A DNA stretch of 64,000 bases, taken from Caldilineaceae bacterium. GTDB taxonomy: Bacteria > Chloroflexota > Anaerolineae > Caldilineales > Caldilineaceae. The notes beneath the pieces are model-generated. The model did no database searches, was not told the origin of the DNA, and saw nothing but the letters and a program-made list of their open reading frames with translations. The translations under genes and the position numbers were made by a program. Shown piece after piece: positions 25,973 through 36,588 of the stretch (its first letter is position 1; each line of letters begins with the position of its first letter). Location: the NCBI GenBank assembly GCA_018003515.1, contig JAGNDO010000020.1, positions 6,742 to 70,741 on the forward strand, written 5' to 3'.

Positions 25973-28561
25973 ATGACCACACCGCACCGCACCTCCCCAA
26001 AACCCCACCGCCTCAGACGCCTCCTGCGCTGGACATTCGCCGCGCTCGCCGCCCTAACCGCGCTCACCTTCGCCATCATTTATGTCACCCTCCTCCACGA
26101 TCTCCCCCCTGTCGCCCAGGCGGAGACGCGGTTGGTGCGGCCTACGTCCAAGATTTTGGATCGCAATGGGCGGCTGTTGTACGAGATGGTGGACCCGGAG
26201 GCGGGGAAGCAGGTGAATCTGGATCTGTCCGCCATCCCTGCGGCCTGTGTGGAGGCGACACTCTCCACCGAGGACAGCCGCTTTTACGTCCACCCCGGCG
26301 TGGACCCCATCGCCATTGGCCGGGCGTTTTGGCAGAATGTGCGGGCGGAGCGGGGGATCGCCAGCGGGGCCAGCACCCTGACCCAGCAGTTGGCCCGCAG
26401 TCTGCTCCTGCCCCAGGATGAGCGCTATGTGCAGTCATACAGCCGCAAGATCCGGGAGGCGTGGTTGGCTTTCCAGCTTGAGCGGCGCTACTCCAAGGAT
26501 CAACTCCTGGCCCTCTATCTCAACCAGACTTATTTTGGCAATTTCGCCTTTGGGCTGGAGGCGGCGGGACAGAACTTCTTTGGCAAACCGGCGGCCCAAC
26601 TCAGCCAGGGGGAGTGCGCCCTATTGGTGGGGTTGATCCAGTATCCCACGGGCTACAACCCCTTGCTGGACCCGGACGCGGCCAAGGGGCGGCAGCTCAC
26701 CGTCCTGCGCTTGATGCAGGAGTCGGGCTATCTGAACGCGGACGAGGCCAAATTGGTGGCTGAGGAGCCTTTGCGCTATCGCTCCAATCTCTTCGAGATC
26801 CAGGCCCCCCACTTTGTGATCTATGTGCAGGATCTGTTGGCCCGCCGCCTGGGGCCGGACCGCTTGCGGGATGGCGGGTTGACCGTCACGACGACGTTGG
26901 ACCTGGCCTTGCAGGAAGAGGCCGAGGCGTCGGTGCGCTACCGGCTGGACCTGCTCAACTGCCGCATCCCCGGTGCGTGTGAGGCGACGGTGGACCCCAA
27001 CCGGCGGGTGGATAATGCGGCCGCAGTGGTGCTGGACGCCCAGAGCGGTCAAATCTTGGCGATGGTGGGCAGCCCGGACTACTTTGACGCCACAATCCAA
27101 GGCAATGTGAACGCCGCCCTCAGCCTGCGCCAGCCGGGCAGCGCTATCAAGCCCTTCACCTATGCGGCGGCAATGGACCCGGCCCTCAGCGCCCAGCACG
27201 GGCTGGATCCCCTGACCCCGGCCAGCATCATCGCCGACCTGCCTACGACGTTTCAGGTCAAGGACGAGGCCGGGGGCAATGTGCCCTATGTGCCCATGAA
27301 CTACGACATGCGCTATCACGGCCCGGTCAGCGTGCGCACGGCCTTGGCCAACAGCTATAACATCCCCGCGGTGAAGGTGCTGGACCGCATCGGCGTGGAG
27401 AGCCTGCGCACCCTGGCCGCCCAGGCTGGCATCAGCAGCTTCACCGGCGACTACGGTCTGGCCCTCACCCTAGGCGGCGGCGAGGTGCGCTTGCTGGAAC
27501 TGACCGCGGCCTTCGGCGTCTTCGCCCGGGCCGGCGTGCCGGTGGAGCCCGTGGCGATTTTGGATTTGGGATTGTCGATTTTGGATTCCGGTATCGATGG
27601 GTCTTCTGCGCCAATCCAAAATCGAAAATCGAAAATCCTAAATCCAGAGACCGCCTACCTGATCACCGACATCCTCGCCGACAACACGGCGCGCATTCCG
27701 GCGTATGGGGCGGAGTCCGTGCTGCATTTGCCCTTCTCCGCGGCGGCGAAGACGGGGACGACGACGGATTGGCGGGACAACTGGACCGTGGGCTACTCCA
27801 CCCGGCGGCTGGTGGGGGTCTGGGTGGGCAATGCGGACAATACGCCCATGCTGGACATCAGCGGGGTGGACGGGGCGGGGCCGATCTGGAACGACCTAAT
27901 GCGGGCCGCCCACCCCACGCCCCCCCCGGCCTTTGCCCGTCCGGCCACAATCGTCGACGAAATGGTCTGCGCGCCCAGCGGGTTGTTGCCCACGTCCGAA
28001 TGTCCTCGGGTGAAAAGGGAGCTTTTTATTGAAGGTACACAGCCTTCTCGGCTCGACGACCAGTTTGTCCCCTTTGCCATCGATCGGGAGACTGGCCAGC
28101 GGGCGGCCCCAGACACTCCGCCCGCTCGCATCCAAAACCGGGTCTACTGGCTCCTCGGCCCGGAATACCGGGATTGGATGATCGGGCAGGGGATGCCAAT
28201 TCTGAATGGCGAATGGCAAATGGCAAATGGCGAAACGAGCGCGGGCGACAACGCCATTCGCCATTCGCCATCCGCCATTCGCTTGACGGGCCCGATCCCC
28301 AACACGGCTTTCCGCATCCATCCTGGGGTGCCGAGGGAGAATCAGCGGATTCCCGTGGGGGGATATGTGACCGATGGGCGGACGTGGGCCGAGCTGCGGC
28401 TGGTGGTGGATGGGGTGTCCCTGCTCTCCGCCACGGATAGTGTCCGGCTGGATGGGTGGTGGACGTTGGAGCCGGGGCAGCATACGTTTTGGATGGAGGG
28501 GCGGGTTGCGCCGGGGGGTGAAATTGTCAGGTCTGAAACGGCCTTGGTCGTGGTAGAATAG
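25973..28561 (+). CDS. pbpC: Class A penicillin-binding protein (glycosyltransferase 51 + transpeptidase), PBP1C-like
   Basis: GT51 motifs are [12 protein letters not shown] and GASTLTQQL. Transpeptidase motifs are SAIKP, SYN and KTGTT. It has a C-terminal beta-domain and sits next to an alpha-2-macroglobulin gene. The start was trimmed to ATG 25973 because the upstream ORF part consists of palindrome sequence. Confidence 0.85.
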   Translation: MTTPHRTSPKPHRLRRLLRWTFAALAALTALTFAIIYVTLLHDLPPVAQAETRLVRPTSKILDRNGRLLYEMVDPEAGKQVNLDLSAIPAACVEATLSTEDSRFYVHPGVDPIAIGRAFWQNVRAERGIASGASTLTQQLARSLLLPQDERYVQSYSRKIREAWLAFQLERRYSKDQLLALYLNQTYFGNFAFGLEAAGQNFFGKPAAQLSQGECALLVGLIQYPTGYNPLLDPDAAKGRQLTVLRLMQESGYLNADEAKLVAEEPLRYRSNLFEIQAPHFVIYVQDLLARRLGPDRLRDGGLTVTTTLDLALQEEAEASVRYRLDLLNCRIPGACEATVDPNRRVDNAAAVVLDAQSGQILAMVGSPDYFDATIQGNVNAALSLRQPGSAIKPFTYAAAMDPALSAQHGLDPLTPASIIADLPTTFQVKDEAGGNVPYVPMNYDMRYHGPVSVRTALANSYNIPAVKVLDRIGVESLRTLAAQAGISSFTGDYGLALTLGGGEVRLLELTAAFGVFARAGVPVEPVAILDLGLSILDSGIDGSSAPIQNRKSKILNPETAYLITDILADNTARIPAYGAESVLHLPFSAAAKTGTTTDWRDNWTVGYSTRRLVGVWVGNADNTPMLDISGVDGAGPIWNDLMRAAHPTPPPAFARPATIVDEMVCAPSGLLPTSECPRVKRELFIEGTQPSRLDDQFVPFAIDRETGQRAAPDTPPARIQNRVYWLLGPEYRDWMIGQGMPILNGEWQMANGETSAGDNAIRHSPSAIRLTGPIPNTAFRIHPGVPRENQRIPVGGYVTDGRTWAELRLVVDGVSLLSATDSVRLDGWWTLEPGQHTFWMEGRVAPGGEIVRSETALVVVE
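27556..27645. repeat. Word-palindrome (GATTTTGGATTTGGGATT... / ...AATCCAAAATCGAAAATC) embedded in-frame in pbpC
   Basis: A 90-bp imperfect inverted repeat, translated as [30 protein letters not shown]. Confidence 0.7.
28204..28280. repeat. Word-palindrome (GAATGGCGAATGGCAAATGGCAAATGGCG / CGCCATTCGCCATTCGCCATCCGCCATTC) embedded in-frame in pbpC
   Basis: Inverted repeat translated as [26 protein letters not shown]. Confidence 0.7.
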
Positions 28562-28750
28562 GGCTGGACTTCGACAAGCTCAGTCAGCGTGGTCGACACC
28601 GTCCCTTTCGCACAACACCCAAAAGACTGTTTGCCTTTGGTCTGAATTGCGTCTATCTTTGGCCCCGCGATTGCAGATATACTGAACGAAACTTCGCAGC
28701 TCTCCATCATCCACGCAACATTTGATGCAGCTCGCACGTCTAATCCACAC

Positions 28751-28783
28751 AGAAGTCCGACTTTTTTCAAAAGTCGGACTTCT
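28751..28783 (+). terminator. Hairpin AGAAGTCCGACTTTT-TTC-AAAAGTCGGACTTCT downstream of pbpC
   Basis: Perfect 15-bp stem with A/T-rich flanks. Confidence 0.6.
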
Positions 28784-28831
28784 CCGCACGATGGTGTTAC
28801 CCAACGAAAACCAAAACGGAGAACCCAAGCC

Positions 28832-31800
28832 ATGTCCCCAAAGAAGAATTTTCCAAAAAGCAACTACCAACCCCACCCTAACCCTCCCCAGGGTTCGATA
28901 CGGCCCTTGGGCCGACTCAACCCAAGGATTGGGGAGGGGACAGATCGTGCGTACCGGATTCCCGAATGCGGCGATCCGGCTCCTCCCCCAATCTGGGGGA
29001 GGCTGGGAGGGGGTGGCTGGGCTGTTACCCCAAAAACAATCTTTGTCATCCTCCTGTTGATGGTGGCGCTGACCGTCCTCGCTGCCTGCGGCGGCGATGA
29101 CCCGACGCCCACGCCCGCACCCACGGCCACGGCGGTGGCAATTTTGCCCACGTCCACGCCCGTGCAGGTGGCGGCGGCAGCGGTCGAAGTCCAGGCTGTT
29201 GCGGCCACGGACACGCCGGCCCCGGTGGTCCCGGCGGCGACGGATACGCCCTCCGCGCCGACGAACACGCCGGAACCCCTGCCCCCTCTGCTCTTGGAGA
29301 GCAACCCGGCCCAGGGCAGCAACTGGGACGGCGGCCCCGTGCGCTTCACCTTTGACCAGCCCCTGGCCCCGGACAGCGCCTTGGCGGTGACGGTCAAACC
29401 GGACCTGGGGGGCAGTGCCGTGGTGGACGGGGACGCCCTTGTCTTCACCCCGGCCCAGGCCGCCCAGGAAGGGGTAAGCTACACCTTCCGCCTGGGCGCG
29501 GAGATCGCCTCGGCTCAGGGTATCCCCATGCCCGGTGCGGAGGAAGTGAGCCTGGCCTTGCGCACGCCGCTGATGGTGACAAACATCACCCCCGGCGATG
29601 GCAACCGAGATGTGGCGACCGATGCCCAGATCACCCTGGTCTTCAACCGGCCCGTGGTGGAATTGGTGGGGGTGGCGGATCAGGCCAATTTGCCTCAACC
29701 CTTGGCCTTTTCCCCGGACGTGGCGGGGACCGGGCAGTGGGTGAGTACCAGCGTCTATGTCTTTAGCCCGGAAACCGGGCTGGCGGGCAGCACAGATTAC
29801 GCAGGTGTCATCGCCGATCTGACTGCGGTGGATGGGGGTGTCATGGCCGGGCCGGTCAGCTTCGGCTTCCGCACCGCGGCCCCGGTTGTGGCCGGGATCG
29901 ATGTGAGCGGGAACATGGTGCGCCCGGATACGGCCATCACGGTGCTGTTCAGCCAACCTATGGACCGAGCCAGCACAGAGGCGGCGTTCAGCCTGACGTT
30001 GAACGAGGGGGGCGTGCTGCCCCCCTATCCTGCGCCGGGGACATCGGCCCCCATCGCCCCGCCGGGCACCACGGTGGCCGGTGCATTTGTCTGGACCCCA
30101 ACCGACACGGGCTTTGTCTTCACGCCCGATGAATGGTTGACCTTTGGCAAAAACTATCTGCTGACCGTAAACGCGGATGCCCAACCGGCCAGCCGCCAGG
30201 GTACCCTGCGCCACGGCTTCCGCAGCCAGTTCCAGGTTGTCTCCCTGCCGTCCGTGATCCGCACGGACCCGTCCGACCGCAGAACCAACGTGGCCACGGA
30301 CGCTGGGGTGACGGTCTACTTCAACGCCCCCCTCAGCCAGACCCTGGTCATGGAGAACATCCACATCCGCCCGGAGGTGACCAGCACCCAGGTCTATAGC
30401 TGGTATTCGGACTATGACCAGCGCCTCTTCCTCAACTGGGGCATGGAGGCCCAGACCCAATACACGATTACGTTGGGCCGGGCTATGGGCGACGAGTATG
30501 GCAACACCTTGGGCGAAGACTATGTTTTCGGCTACACGACCGGGGATCTGCCCCAATTTGCCAGCCTGAATGTGGACCGCTTTACCCACTTCAGCGCCTA
30601 TACCATGCCCGTGGTGGCGGTCTCGTATCGCAATGTGGAGAAGGTCGATGTGGAGTTGTATCGGCTGCCTCTGGCCGAATTCTACAAGCTGACCGGCGAA
30701 AATCAGTGGCAAATTTGGGAGAATTACCGGGTGCCCAGCCGAGACGCCAACCTGATCTGGGCCCGCAGCCTGGAATCGAGCACGGATCGCAACAAGATCG
30801 GCTATCAGCCGGTGAAGATCAGCGACGCCGACGGCGACCTGCTGCCCCCTGGCCTCTACTTCTTGGATGTGCGCACGCCGGGGGATGCCAGCCGCAGCGA
30901 TGCCATGCAGGCGATCTTTGTGCTCAGTCATCACAACCTGTTGATCAAAAAGACGATCTCTAGCCCCAGTTTGGTTTGGCTGACGGATCTGCGCACGGGT
31001 CAACCCTTGGCCGACCAGACGGTCAACTTCGTCAGCTACGGCCAAGCCCTGGGCAGCGGCATCACAGACGCCGATGGCATCGCCCAGGCCCAGCTCGACA
31101 TCAACCCGGAGCAGCCCTGGGTGGAAGTTCTGGCCGTGACCGGGGAGCCGGGCGCGGAGGGCTTCGCCGTGGCCTCGTCGGCGTGGAGCCAAGGCATCGG
31201 CTCCTGGGAATATGGCATCGGCCAGGGCTATGAGACCGACCCCTATCGCTCGGTTTTCTACACCGAGCGGCCCATCTATCGACCGGGGCAGACTGTGCAT
31301 TGGAAGGGCATTGTGCGCCAACTGGCGGGCGAGGACTATGTGCTGCCCGCCCAAGAACTGCCCATCCACATCACCATCCGGGACGACCGGGGCAACACGG
31401 TGCAGGAGTTGGACGTGACCCCCAACGCCCACGGCACGGTGGATGGCCTGTTGGAACTGGCCCCGGAGGCCACCACGGGCTATTACTATCTGGAGGCCCG
31501 TATCCTGACGGGGACCGACCGTTACAGTTATGGCGGCGCGGGTTTCCAAGTGGCCAGCTATCGCAAGCCGGAGTTCCAGATCAGCGTCACCCCGGCGCTG
31601 GACGAGGTGACCCAGGGCCAGATGGTCACGGTCACCATGCAGGCCGACTACTTCAGCGGCGGGCCGTTGGCCAATGCTCCGGTGGACTGGCGCATCCTGG
31701 CCGAACCCTTCACCTTCTCCTGGCCAGACGCGCCCAAGGGCCGCTGGTTCAGCTTTGACACCTTTGACCCCAACCAGGACAGCTATGACCCCTACGCAGG

Positions 31801-34800
31801 CTTCTTCTACGGTCTGATCAAGGAAGGCACGGACAAGACCGATGCCCAGGGTCGCTTTGATCTAAGCGTCCCGGCGGATCTGGCCGACTCCCTCGCCAGC
31901 CAGCGCTGGTCCTTTGATCTGACCGTGCAAAGCCCGACCAACCAGTTTGTCAGCGGCAACACGGCTGTGGTCGTCCACAAGGGCGACTTCTACATCGGCC
32001 TCAGCCCCCGCAGCTATGTGATCAGCGCCGGGTCTGCGGCGGAGATCGACGTGGTGACCCTGCAACCCGACTACGCCCCCTATCCCGACGCCGCTTTGCA
32101 GGCCGTGGTCTATCAGTTCAACTGGAACAGCGTCTTCGAAAAGGGACCGGACGGCGTCATGCGTTGGACCACCAACGTGGAGCGCATCCCCGTCTACACG
32201 GACACCCTGACCACGGACACGGCTGGCCAGGGGCTGTTGACCTGGACGCCGGAGACCGGCGGCCAATATCAGATCGCCCTCACCGGCCAGGATGAGCGGG
32301 GCAATGGCATCAGCGCGGCCACCTTTGTGTGGGTCAGCGACCGCAGGGCCACGGACTTTGTGCCCTGGCCCCGAGACAACAACGACCGCATCGAGTTGGT
32401 GGCGGACAAGAAACTCTACGAACCGGGCGACGTGGCCAAAGTCCTGGTCCCCAGCCCCTTTGTCAGCACAGAAAGCGCGCCGGTGATGGCCCTGATCAGC
32501 GTCGAGCGGGCGGGGATTCTGGAACACTCGGTGATCCAGCTTGACGGCAACAGCCAGACCCTGGAATTCCCCATCACTGTGGAGAGCATCCCCAACATCT
32601 ACATCAGCGTGGTGCTGGTGAAGGGGGTGGACGAGACCAACGACGTGCCCGCCATGCGGGTGGGTTATGTGCAGTTGAACGTGGACCTGGCCCAAAAGGA
32701 ACTCACCCTCGACATTCAGCCCTCGGCCACCCAAGTGCGGCCTGGGGAGACGGTCAGCTACACGGTCAATGTGGCCGACGCCGCCGGCAACCCGGTCCCC
32801 AACGCCGAGTTGAGCGCCGTGCTGGTGGACAAAGCCATCCTCACCCTGGCCCAAGGCCAGATGCCCGACCTGCTCAACGTCTTCTACTATCAGCGCCCCC
32901 TGGGCGTGGAGACCGGCGCCCTCCTGGTGATCAACCGGGACCGCATCAGCCAGCAGGTGGCGGCAGGCGGCAAGGGTGGCGGCGGCGGCGGAGACATGGG
33001 CGGCCTTGAAGTGCGCCAGGATTTCCCGGACATCGCCTTCTGGCAAGCCGACCTGGTCACAGATGAAGAAGGACGGACCACTTTTAGTGTAGACCTTCCT
33101 GACAATTTGACTACCTGGGTGCTACAGATCGTGGCGGCCAGTGACGAAACTTTGGTGGGCAGCGCCTCCAATGAAGTGGTGGCCAGCAAAGAACTCCTGA
33201 TCCGCCCAGCCCTACCCCGCTTCCTCACCGCGGGAGACCGAGCCGTGATCGGGGCGTTGGTGCAGAACAACAGCAACACCGATCTGGCCGGGGGCAGCCT
33301 GGCCTTGGATCTACAGGGAGCCTCCCTGACCCAGGGCAATGCTGACGGCAATCTGGCCTTGGCTGCGGGTGAAACCCTACGCCAGAGCTGGACCATCCAG
33401 GTCGATCCGGGTGCCGCCGAGGTGGTGGTCACGATGATCGCCCAGGGCGGATCTCTCAACGACGCCGTCAAGGTCGTCCTGCCCGTGGTGCGCTACGAGA
33501 CCCCGGAAGTGGTCGGCTCCTCCGGCACGGTCCCGGCCAGCGGGCGGCTGGAAGCCATCCGCGTGCCCACGGCCGCCACGGACCAGGGCGAGCTTTTGGT
33601 CACCCTGGATCCGAGCTTGGCCGATGGCTTGCTGGATGGCCTGGCCTATCTCCAGCACTATCCCTACGAATGCAACGAGCAGACGGTCAGCCGCTTCCTG
33701 CCCAACCTCTTCACCGTGCGTGCTTTTGCGGAGTTGGGGCTGGACAACAAGGAACTGGAAAAAGATCTGGCCTATCAACTGGGCATCGGCTTGCAGCGGT
33801 TGGTCAACCGTCAAAACGGAGACGGTGGGTGGGGCTATTGGAATCGGGAAGAAAGCCGACCCTTTATCAGCGCGTATGTGCTGTGGGGCTTGTGGAATGC
33901 CGACCAAATGGGGTATAGCGTGCCCCCGGCTACCCTGCTCAACGGCATGCGCTTCCTCGACCGCAACTTCGTGGCCCCGTCAGATTTGGCCAACAACTGG
34001 CAATACAACGAAATGGCCTTTGTTCACTTCGTCCTAGCCGAGATGGGCCAGGGGGACGCCGGGCGCATGACCACCCTCTTCGCCGTGCGGGAGCGGATGG
34101 ACCTCTATGGCAAGGCCTATCTGGCCATGGCAATGGCCGACGTAGGGCTGACCGAACAGGCCAACACCCTGCTGGATGATCTGGCCGGCCGGGTGGAGAT
34201 CAGCGCCGCCGGGGCCATGTGGGCCGAGGGCTCCGTGGACTGGTGGAACATGAACACGGACACCCGATCCACGGCCATCGCCCTGGCCGCCTTCACCCGT
34301 CTGCGCCCGGATTGGGAGGTTCTGCCCCAAGCCGTGCGCTGGCTGATGAGCGCCCGCCAGGCCCGCAGTTGGACCACCACCCAAGAGACCGCCTGGGCCT
34401 TGATCGGCCTGACCGACTGGATGGTGCAGACCGGCGAGTTGCAACCGGACTACAACTGGACGGCTCAACTCAACGGCGCGCCCTTGGGCAACGGCAGCTT
34501 CACCGCCGAGACGGCCCGGGAGCAAACCACCCTGCGCACGGCCATCACCGACCTGCTGCGGGATCAGGCCAACGCCCTGCGCCTGGGCCGGGTCAATAAT
34601 GGAGACGGGGACACGGGCCAGCTCTACTACACCACCCAACTGCGCTACTTCCTGGACGCCACCGCCGTCCCCGCCCTGGATCGGGGCTTCGTGGTCGAGC
34701 GTTCCTTCGCCGCCGCGGACGGGGCGAAGATCGGCCAGACCGTCAACAGCGCCGCCGTGGGGGACGTGATCAGCGTCACCGTGCGCATGGTGGTGCCCAG

Positions 34801-35149
34801 CCCCCGCTACCACGTGCTGGTCGAAGTGCCCATCCCCGCGGGGACAGAACCCATCGACACCAGCCTGGCCACCACCAGCGACGCCTTCGGCGATCCCCAG
34901 TTCGAGCAAGAGGGGCAATCCGCCAACCCCTACTGGTGGTCCTACTGGACGCCCACGGCCACGGACATCCGAGACGACAAGGTTGCTCTCTTCGCCACCA
35001 ACTTACAACCCGGCACCTATGCCTACACCTTCCTGGTCCAAGCCACCACCCCCGGCGAGTTCCGGGTCCTCCCCGCCCAGGCGGCGCAAATGTACTTCCC
35101 GGACGTGTGGGGGCGCAGCGCCGGTGCGCTGTTCAGTGTGACGGAGTAG
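28832..35149 (+). CDS. Bacterial alpha-2-macroglobulin family protein (thioester-containing, lipobox-anchored)
   Basis: About 2100 aa. The thioester motif is YPYECNEQ (CNEQ at 33671-33682). A lipobox-like ALTVLAAC-GGD lies near codon 85, followed by MG-domain-like repeats. The start is uncertain: ATG 28832 has a GGAGA upstream, but codons 20-65 overlap repeat-like sequence. Confidence 0.85.
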   Translation: MSPKKNFPKSNYQPHPNPPQGSIRPLGRLNPRIGEGTDRAYRIPECGDPAPPPIWGRLGGGGWAVTPKTIFVILLLMVALTVLAACGGDDPTPTPAPTATAVAILPTSTPVQVAAAAVEVQAVAATDTPAPVVPAATDTPSAPTNTPEPLPPLLLESNPAQGSNWDGGPVRFTFDQPLAPDSALAVTVKPDLGGSAVVDGDALVFTPAQAAQEGVSYTFRLGAEIASAQGIPMPGAEEVSLALRTPLMVTNITPGDGNRDVATDAQITLVFNRPVVELVGVADQANLPQPLAFSPDVAGTGQWVSTSVYVFSPETGLAGSTDYAGVIADLTAVDGGVMAGPVSFGFRTAAPVVAGIDVSGNMVRPDTAITVLFSQPMDRASTEAAFSLTLNEGGVLPPYPAPGTSAPIAPPGTTVAGAFVWTPTDTGFVFTPDEWLTFGKNYLLTVNADAQPASRQGTLRHGFRSQFQVVSLPSVIRTDPSDRRTNVATDAGVTVYFNAPLSQTLVMENIHIRPEVTSTQVYSWYSDYDQRLFLNWGMEAQTQYTITLGRAMGDEYGNTLGEDYVFGYTTGDLPQFASLNVDRFTHFSAYTMPVVAVSYRNVEKVDVELYRLPLAEFYKLTGENQWQIWENYRVPSRDANLIWARSLESSTDRNKIGYQPVKISDADGDLLPPGLYFLDVRTPGDASRSDAMQAIFVLSHHNLLIKKTISSPSLVWLTDLRTGQPLADQTVNFVSYGQALGSGITDADGIAQAQLDINPEQPWVEVLAVTGEPGAEGFAVASSAWSQGIGSWEYGIGQGYETDPYRSVFYTERPIYRPGQTVHWKGIVRQLAGEDYVLPAQELPIHITIRDDRGNTVQELDVTPNAHGTVDGLLELAPEATTGYYYLEARILTGTDRYSYGGAGFQVASYRKPEFQISVTPALDEVTQGQMVTVTMQADYFSGGPLANAPVDWRILAEPFTFSWPDAPKGRWFSFDTFDPNQDSYDPYAGFFYGLIKEGTDKTDAQGRFDLSVPADLADSLASQRWSFDLTVQSPTNQFVSGNTAVVVHKGDFYIGLSPRSYVISAGSAAEIDVVTLQPDYAPYPDAALQAVVYQFNWNSVFEKGPDGVMRWTTNVERIPVYTDTLTTDTAGQGLLTWTPETGGQYQIALTGQDERGNGISAATFVWVSDRRATDFVPWPRDNNDRIELVADKKLYEPGDVAKVLVPSPFVSTESAPVMALISVERAGILEHSVIQLDGNSQTLEFPITVESIPNIYISVVLVKGVDETNDVPAMRVGYVQLNVDLAQKELTLDIQPSATQVRPGETVSYTVNVADAAGNPVPNAELSAVLVDKAILTLAQGQMPDLLNVFYYQRPLGVETGALLVINRDRISQQVAAGGKGGGGGGDMGGLEVRQDFPDIAFWQADLVTDEEGRTTFSVDLPDNLTTWVLQIVAASDETLVGSASNEVVASKELLIRPALPRFLTAGDRAVIGALVQNNSNTDLAGGSLALDLQGASLTQGNADGNLALAAGETLRQSWTIQVDPGAAEVVVTMIAQGGSLNDAVKVVLPVVRYETPEVVGSSGTVPASGRLEAIRVPTAATDQGELLVTLDPSLADGLLDGLAYLQHYPYECNEQTVSRFLPNLFTVRAFAELGLDNKELEKDLAYQLGIGLQRLVNRQNGDGGWGYWNREESRPFISAYVLWGLWNADQMGYSVPPATLLNGMRFLDRNFVAPSDLANNWQYNEMAFVHFVLAEMGQGDAGRMTTLFAVRERMDLYGKAYLAMAMADVGLTEQANTLLDDLAGRVEISAAGAMWAEGSVDWWNMNTDTRSTAIALAAFTRLRPDWEVLPQAVRWLMSARQARSWTTTQETAWALIGLTDWMVQTGELQPDYNWTAQLNGAPLGNGSFTAETAREQTTLRTAITDLLRDQANALRLGRVNNGDGDTGQLYYTTQLRYFLDATAVPALDRGFVVERSFAAADGAKIGQTVNSAAVGDVISVTVRMVVPSPRYHVLVEVPIPAGTEPIDTSLATTSDAFGDPQFEQEGQSANPYWWSYWTPTATDIRDDKVALFATNLQPGTYAYTFLVQATTPGEFRVLPAQAAQMYFPDVWGRSAGALFSVTE

Positions 35150-35275
35150 AGGCACGAAAGCCAACGCCGGTTGAGTAGGCCGAGTCGACCACGCGAATCC
35201 GCTGACCCAGGATCGAGGCCGTATCGAAACCAAGTGGGTTAACCGGCAGGTGCTAGCTTGATGGGATCGTTGCAC

Positions 35276-35316
35276 AAAAAAGGGAGGGTGATCCAATTGG
35301 ATCACCCTCCCTTTTT
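35276..35316. terminator. Bidirectional rho-independent terminator (AAAAAAGGGAGGGTGATCC-AATT-GGATCACCCTCCCTTTTT)
   Basis: G/C-rich stem flanked by an A-run and a T-run. It lies between the convergent A2M and kinase-like genes. Confidence 0.8.
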
Positions 35317-35326
35317 CGTGCCTATT

Positions 35327-35399
35327 TTAACCACGGAATACACAGAATACACGGAAGTCTCTCAGATCTTTCCGTGTATTCCGTGTATTCCGTGGTTAA
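35327..35399. repeat. Word-palindrome (GGAATACACAGAATACACGGAA / TTCCGTGTATTCCGTGTATTCC)
   Basis: Read directly. It ends 4 nt before the stop of CDS 35403..36023. Confidence 0.75.
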
Positions 35400-35402
35400 A
35401 TC

Positions 35403-36023
35403 CTAACCGCGCAGATGGTCCAACAACATCTCCACCCCCACATCCGCCCCACCGTGGACCGCGTACGGAATCGTCACATGACTGTATCGCCGATAGAGAC
35501 AATCCCGCCCCTTGAGCAGTTGGGGATAGCAGCGCTCGAAGGCGTGGATAGGGGCTTCGTCCGCCCCTTGCTGATAAACCCCATTCCAGATCACAGGCCG
35601 GGGATTTTGCAGATAGTTGGCCAGCATGGTCTGGAACGCATCCACGGGCGGGGCCAAATAGACCACCTGGGCCACCCGGCGCAGGTCCAGGATCGTGGCT
35701 TCCGGCACATAGATCACACTGCCCGTGGTATCGATGACCACGTCCGACGTCGGCCCGTCCGCTGTGAGGTCGGCGACGATCTCCTGCATGACGGCAACCT
35801 CGTGGGCCAGATAGCGCTCGGCCCGTTGGGGATAGTGGGCTTCGTAGGGCATGCCCATCCACCGGGCCATGTGGAAAAACTCCCCCGACGGTGCCCCCAC
35901 TTCCTGAGCCAAGCGGGCCGCAATGCGGTCGTCACAGCCGATACGGGCAAACCCGGCCTCGGCCAATTTGTAGGACCAGTGGCTCTTGCCCGTGCCGGAC
36001 ATGCCGATCAGTGCGATGTGCAT
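35403..36023 (-). CDS. P-loop kinase-like protein (shikimate kinase/AAA-family fold)
   Basis: The N-terminal Walker A is MHIALIGMSGTGKSHW. The size and layout resemble small nucleotide/shikimate kinases. The substrate is not inferable. Confidence 0.55.
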   Translation of the reverse strand: MHIALIGMSGTGKSHWSYKLAEAGFARIGCDDRIAARLAQEVGAPSGEFFHMARWMGMPYEAHYPQRAERYLAHEVAVMQEIVADLTADGPTSDVVIDTTGSVIYVPEATILDLRRVAQVVYLAPPVDAFQTMLANYLQNPRPVIWNGVYQQGADEAPIHAFERCYPQLLKGRDCLYRRYSHVTIPYAVHGGADVGVEMLLDHLRG

Positions 36024-36049
36024 AAGCGTTCCTTACCTGCTGAAAATAA

Positions 36050-36120
36050 AACCGCAGAGGGCGCAGAGAACCGCAGAGGAATAACGAAACACTCTGCGGT
36101 TCTCTGCGCCCTCTGCGGTT
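36050..36120. repeat. Word-palindrome (AACCGCAGAGGGCGCAGAGAACCGCAGAGG / mirror)
   Basis: Read directly; lies downstream of the DUF1761 gene stop. Confidence 0.75.
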
Positions 36121-36162
36121 AAATTCCTTCATTTATGACAACTCAATATACTCCGTGACAGA

Positions 36163-36588
36163 TCAATGCCACGCCCCCAAAATCGCGCCGAAGAGCACGA
36201 AGTTGACCAGATGATTGCCCGCCTCAATCGCCCACACCTGGAGAGGAAAGCCGGCAAAGAGCTTGTTGACCAGATTGGTGGGGGCCACAAAGCCCAACCA
36301 GAGCAGGAAGCCCGCCGTCGCCCCGGAAGCCAGGGTCGCGCCTCCGTTCATGCTGCCCATTGCGTTGACAAACAAGGCCATAAAGATCACCTGCACCAGG
36401 GAACTGAGAATCGTCAGCCCCCAGGTCATGGCCATGTTGTCGCCCATGCCCGGTTGGGCATCCCCCTTGCCGATACCCTTCCACCAAGTGGGGAAGAAGG
36501 TCTTCGGGTTATACCAGATCGTGCCGCTGATCATGCTGACCACGACACACGCCACCACCGCCAACCAGTTGATCGAACCGAAATCCAT
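36163..36588 (-). CDS. DUF1761-family small membrane protein
   Basis: ORF trimmed to ATG 36588, which is preceded by AGGGAGG. MDFGSINWLAVVACVVVSMISGTIWYNPKTFF is typical of DUF1761. Confidence 0.6.
   Translation of the reverse strand: MDFGSINWLAVVACVVVSMISGTIWYNPKTFFPTWWKGIGKGDAQPGMGDNMAMTWGLTILSSLVQVIFMALFVNAMGSMNGGATLASGATAGFLLWLGFVAPTNLVNKLFAGFPLQVWAIEAGNHLVNFVLFGAILGAWH

Noticed and set aside
28580-31549. 989-aa ORF on the minus strand
   Set aside because: It lies entirely antisense to the alpha-2-macroglobulin gene, which has clear family motifs. Its translation is Arg/Gly/His/Pro-rich with no motif, a typical shadow ORF of high-G+C coding DNA.
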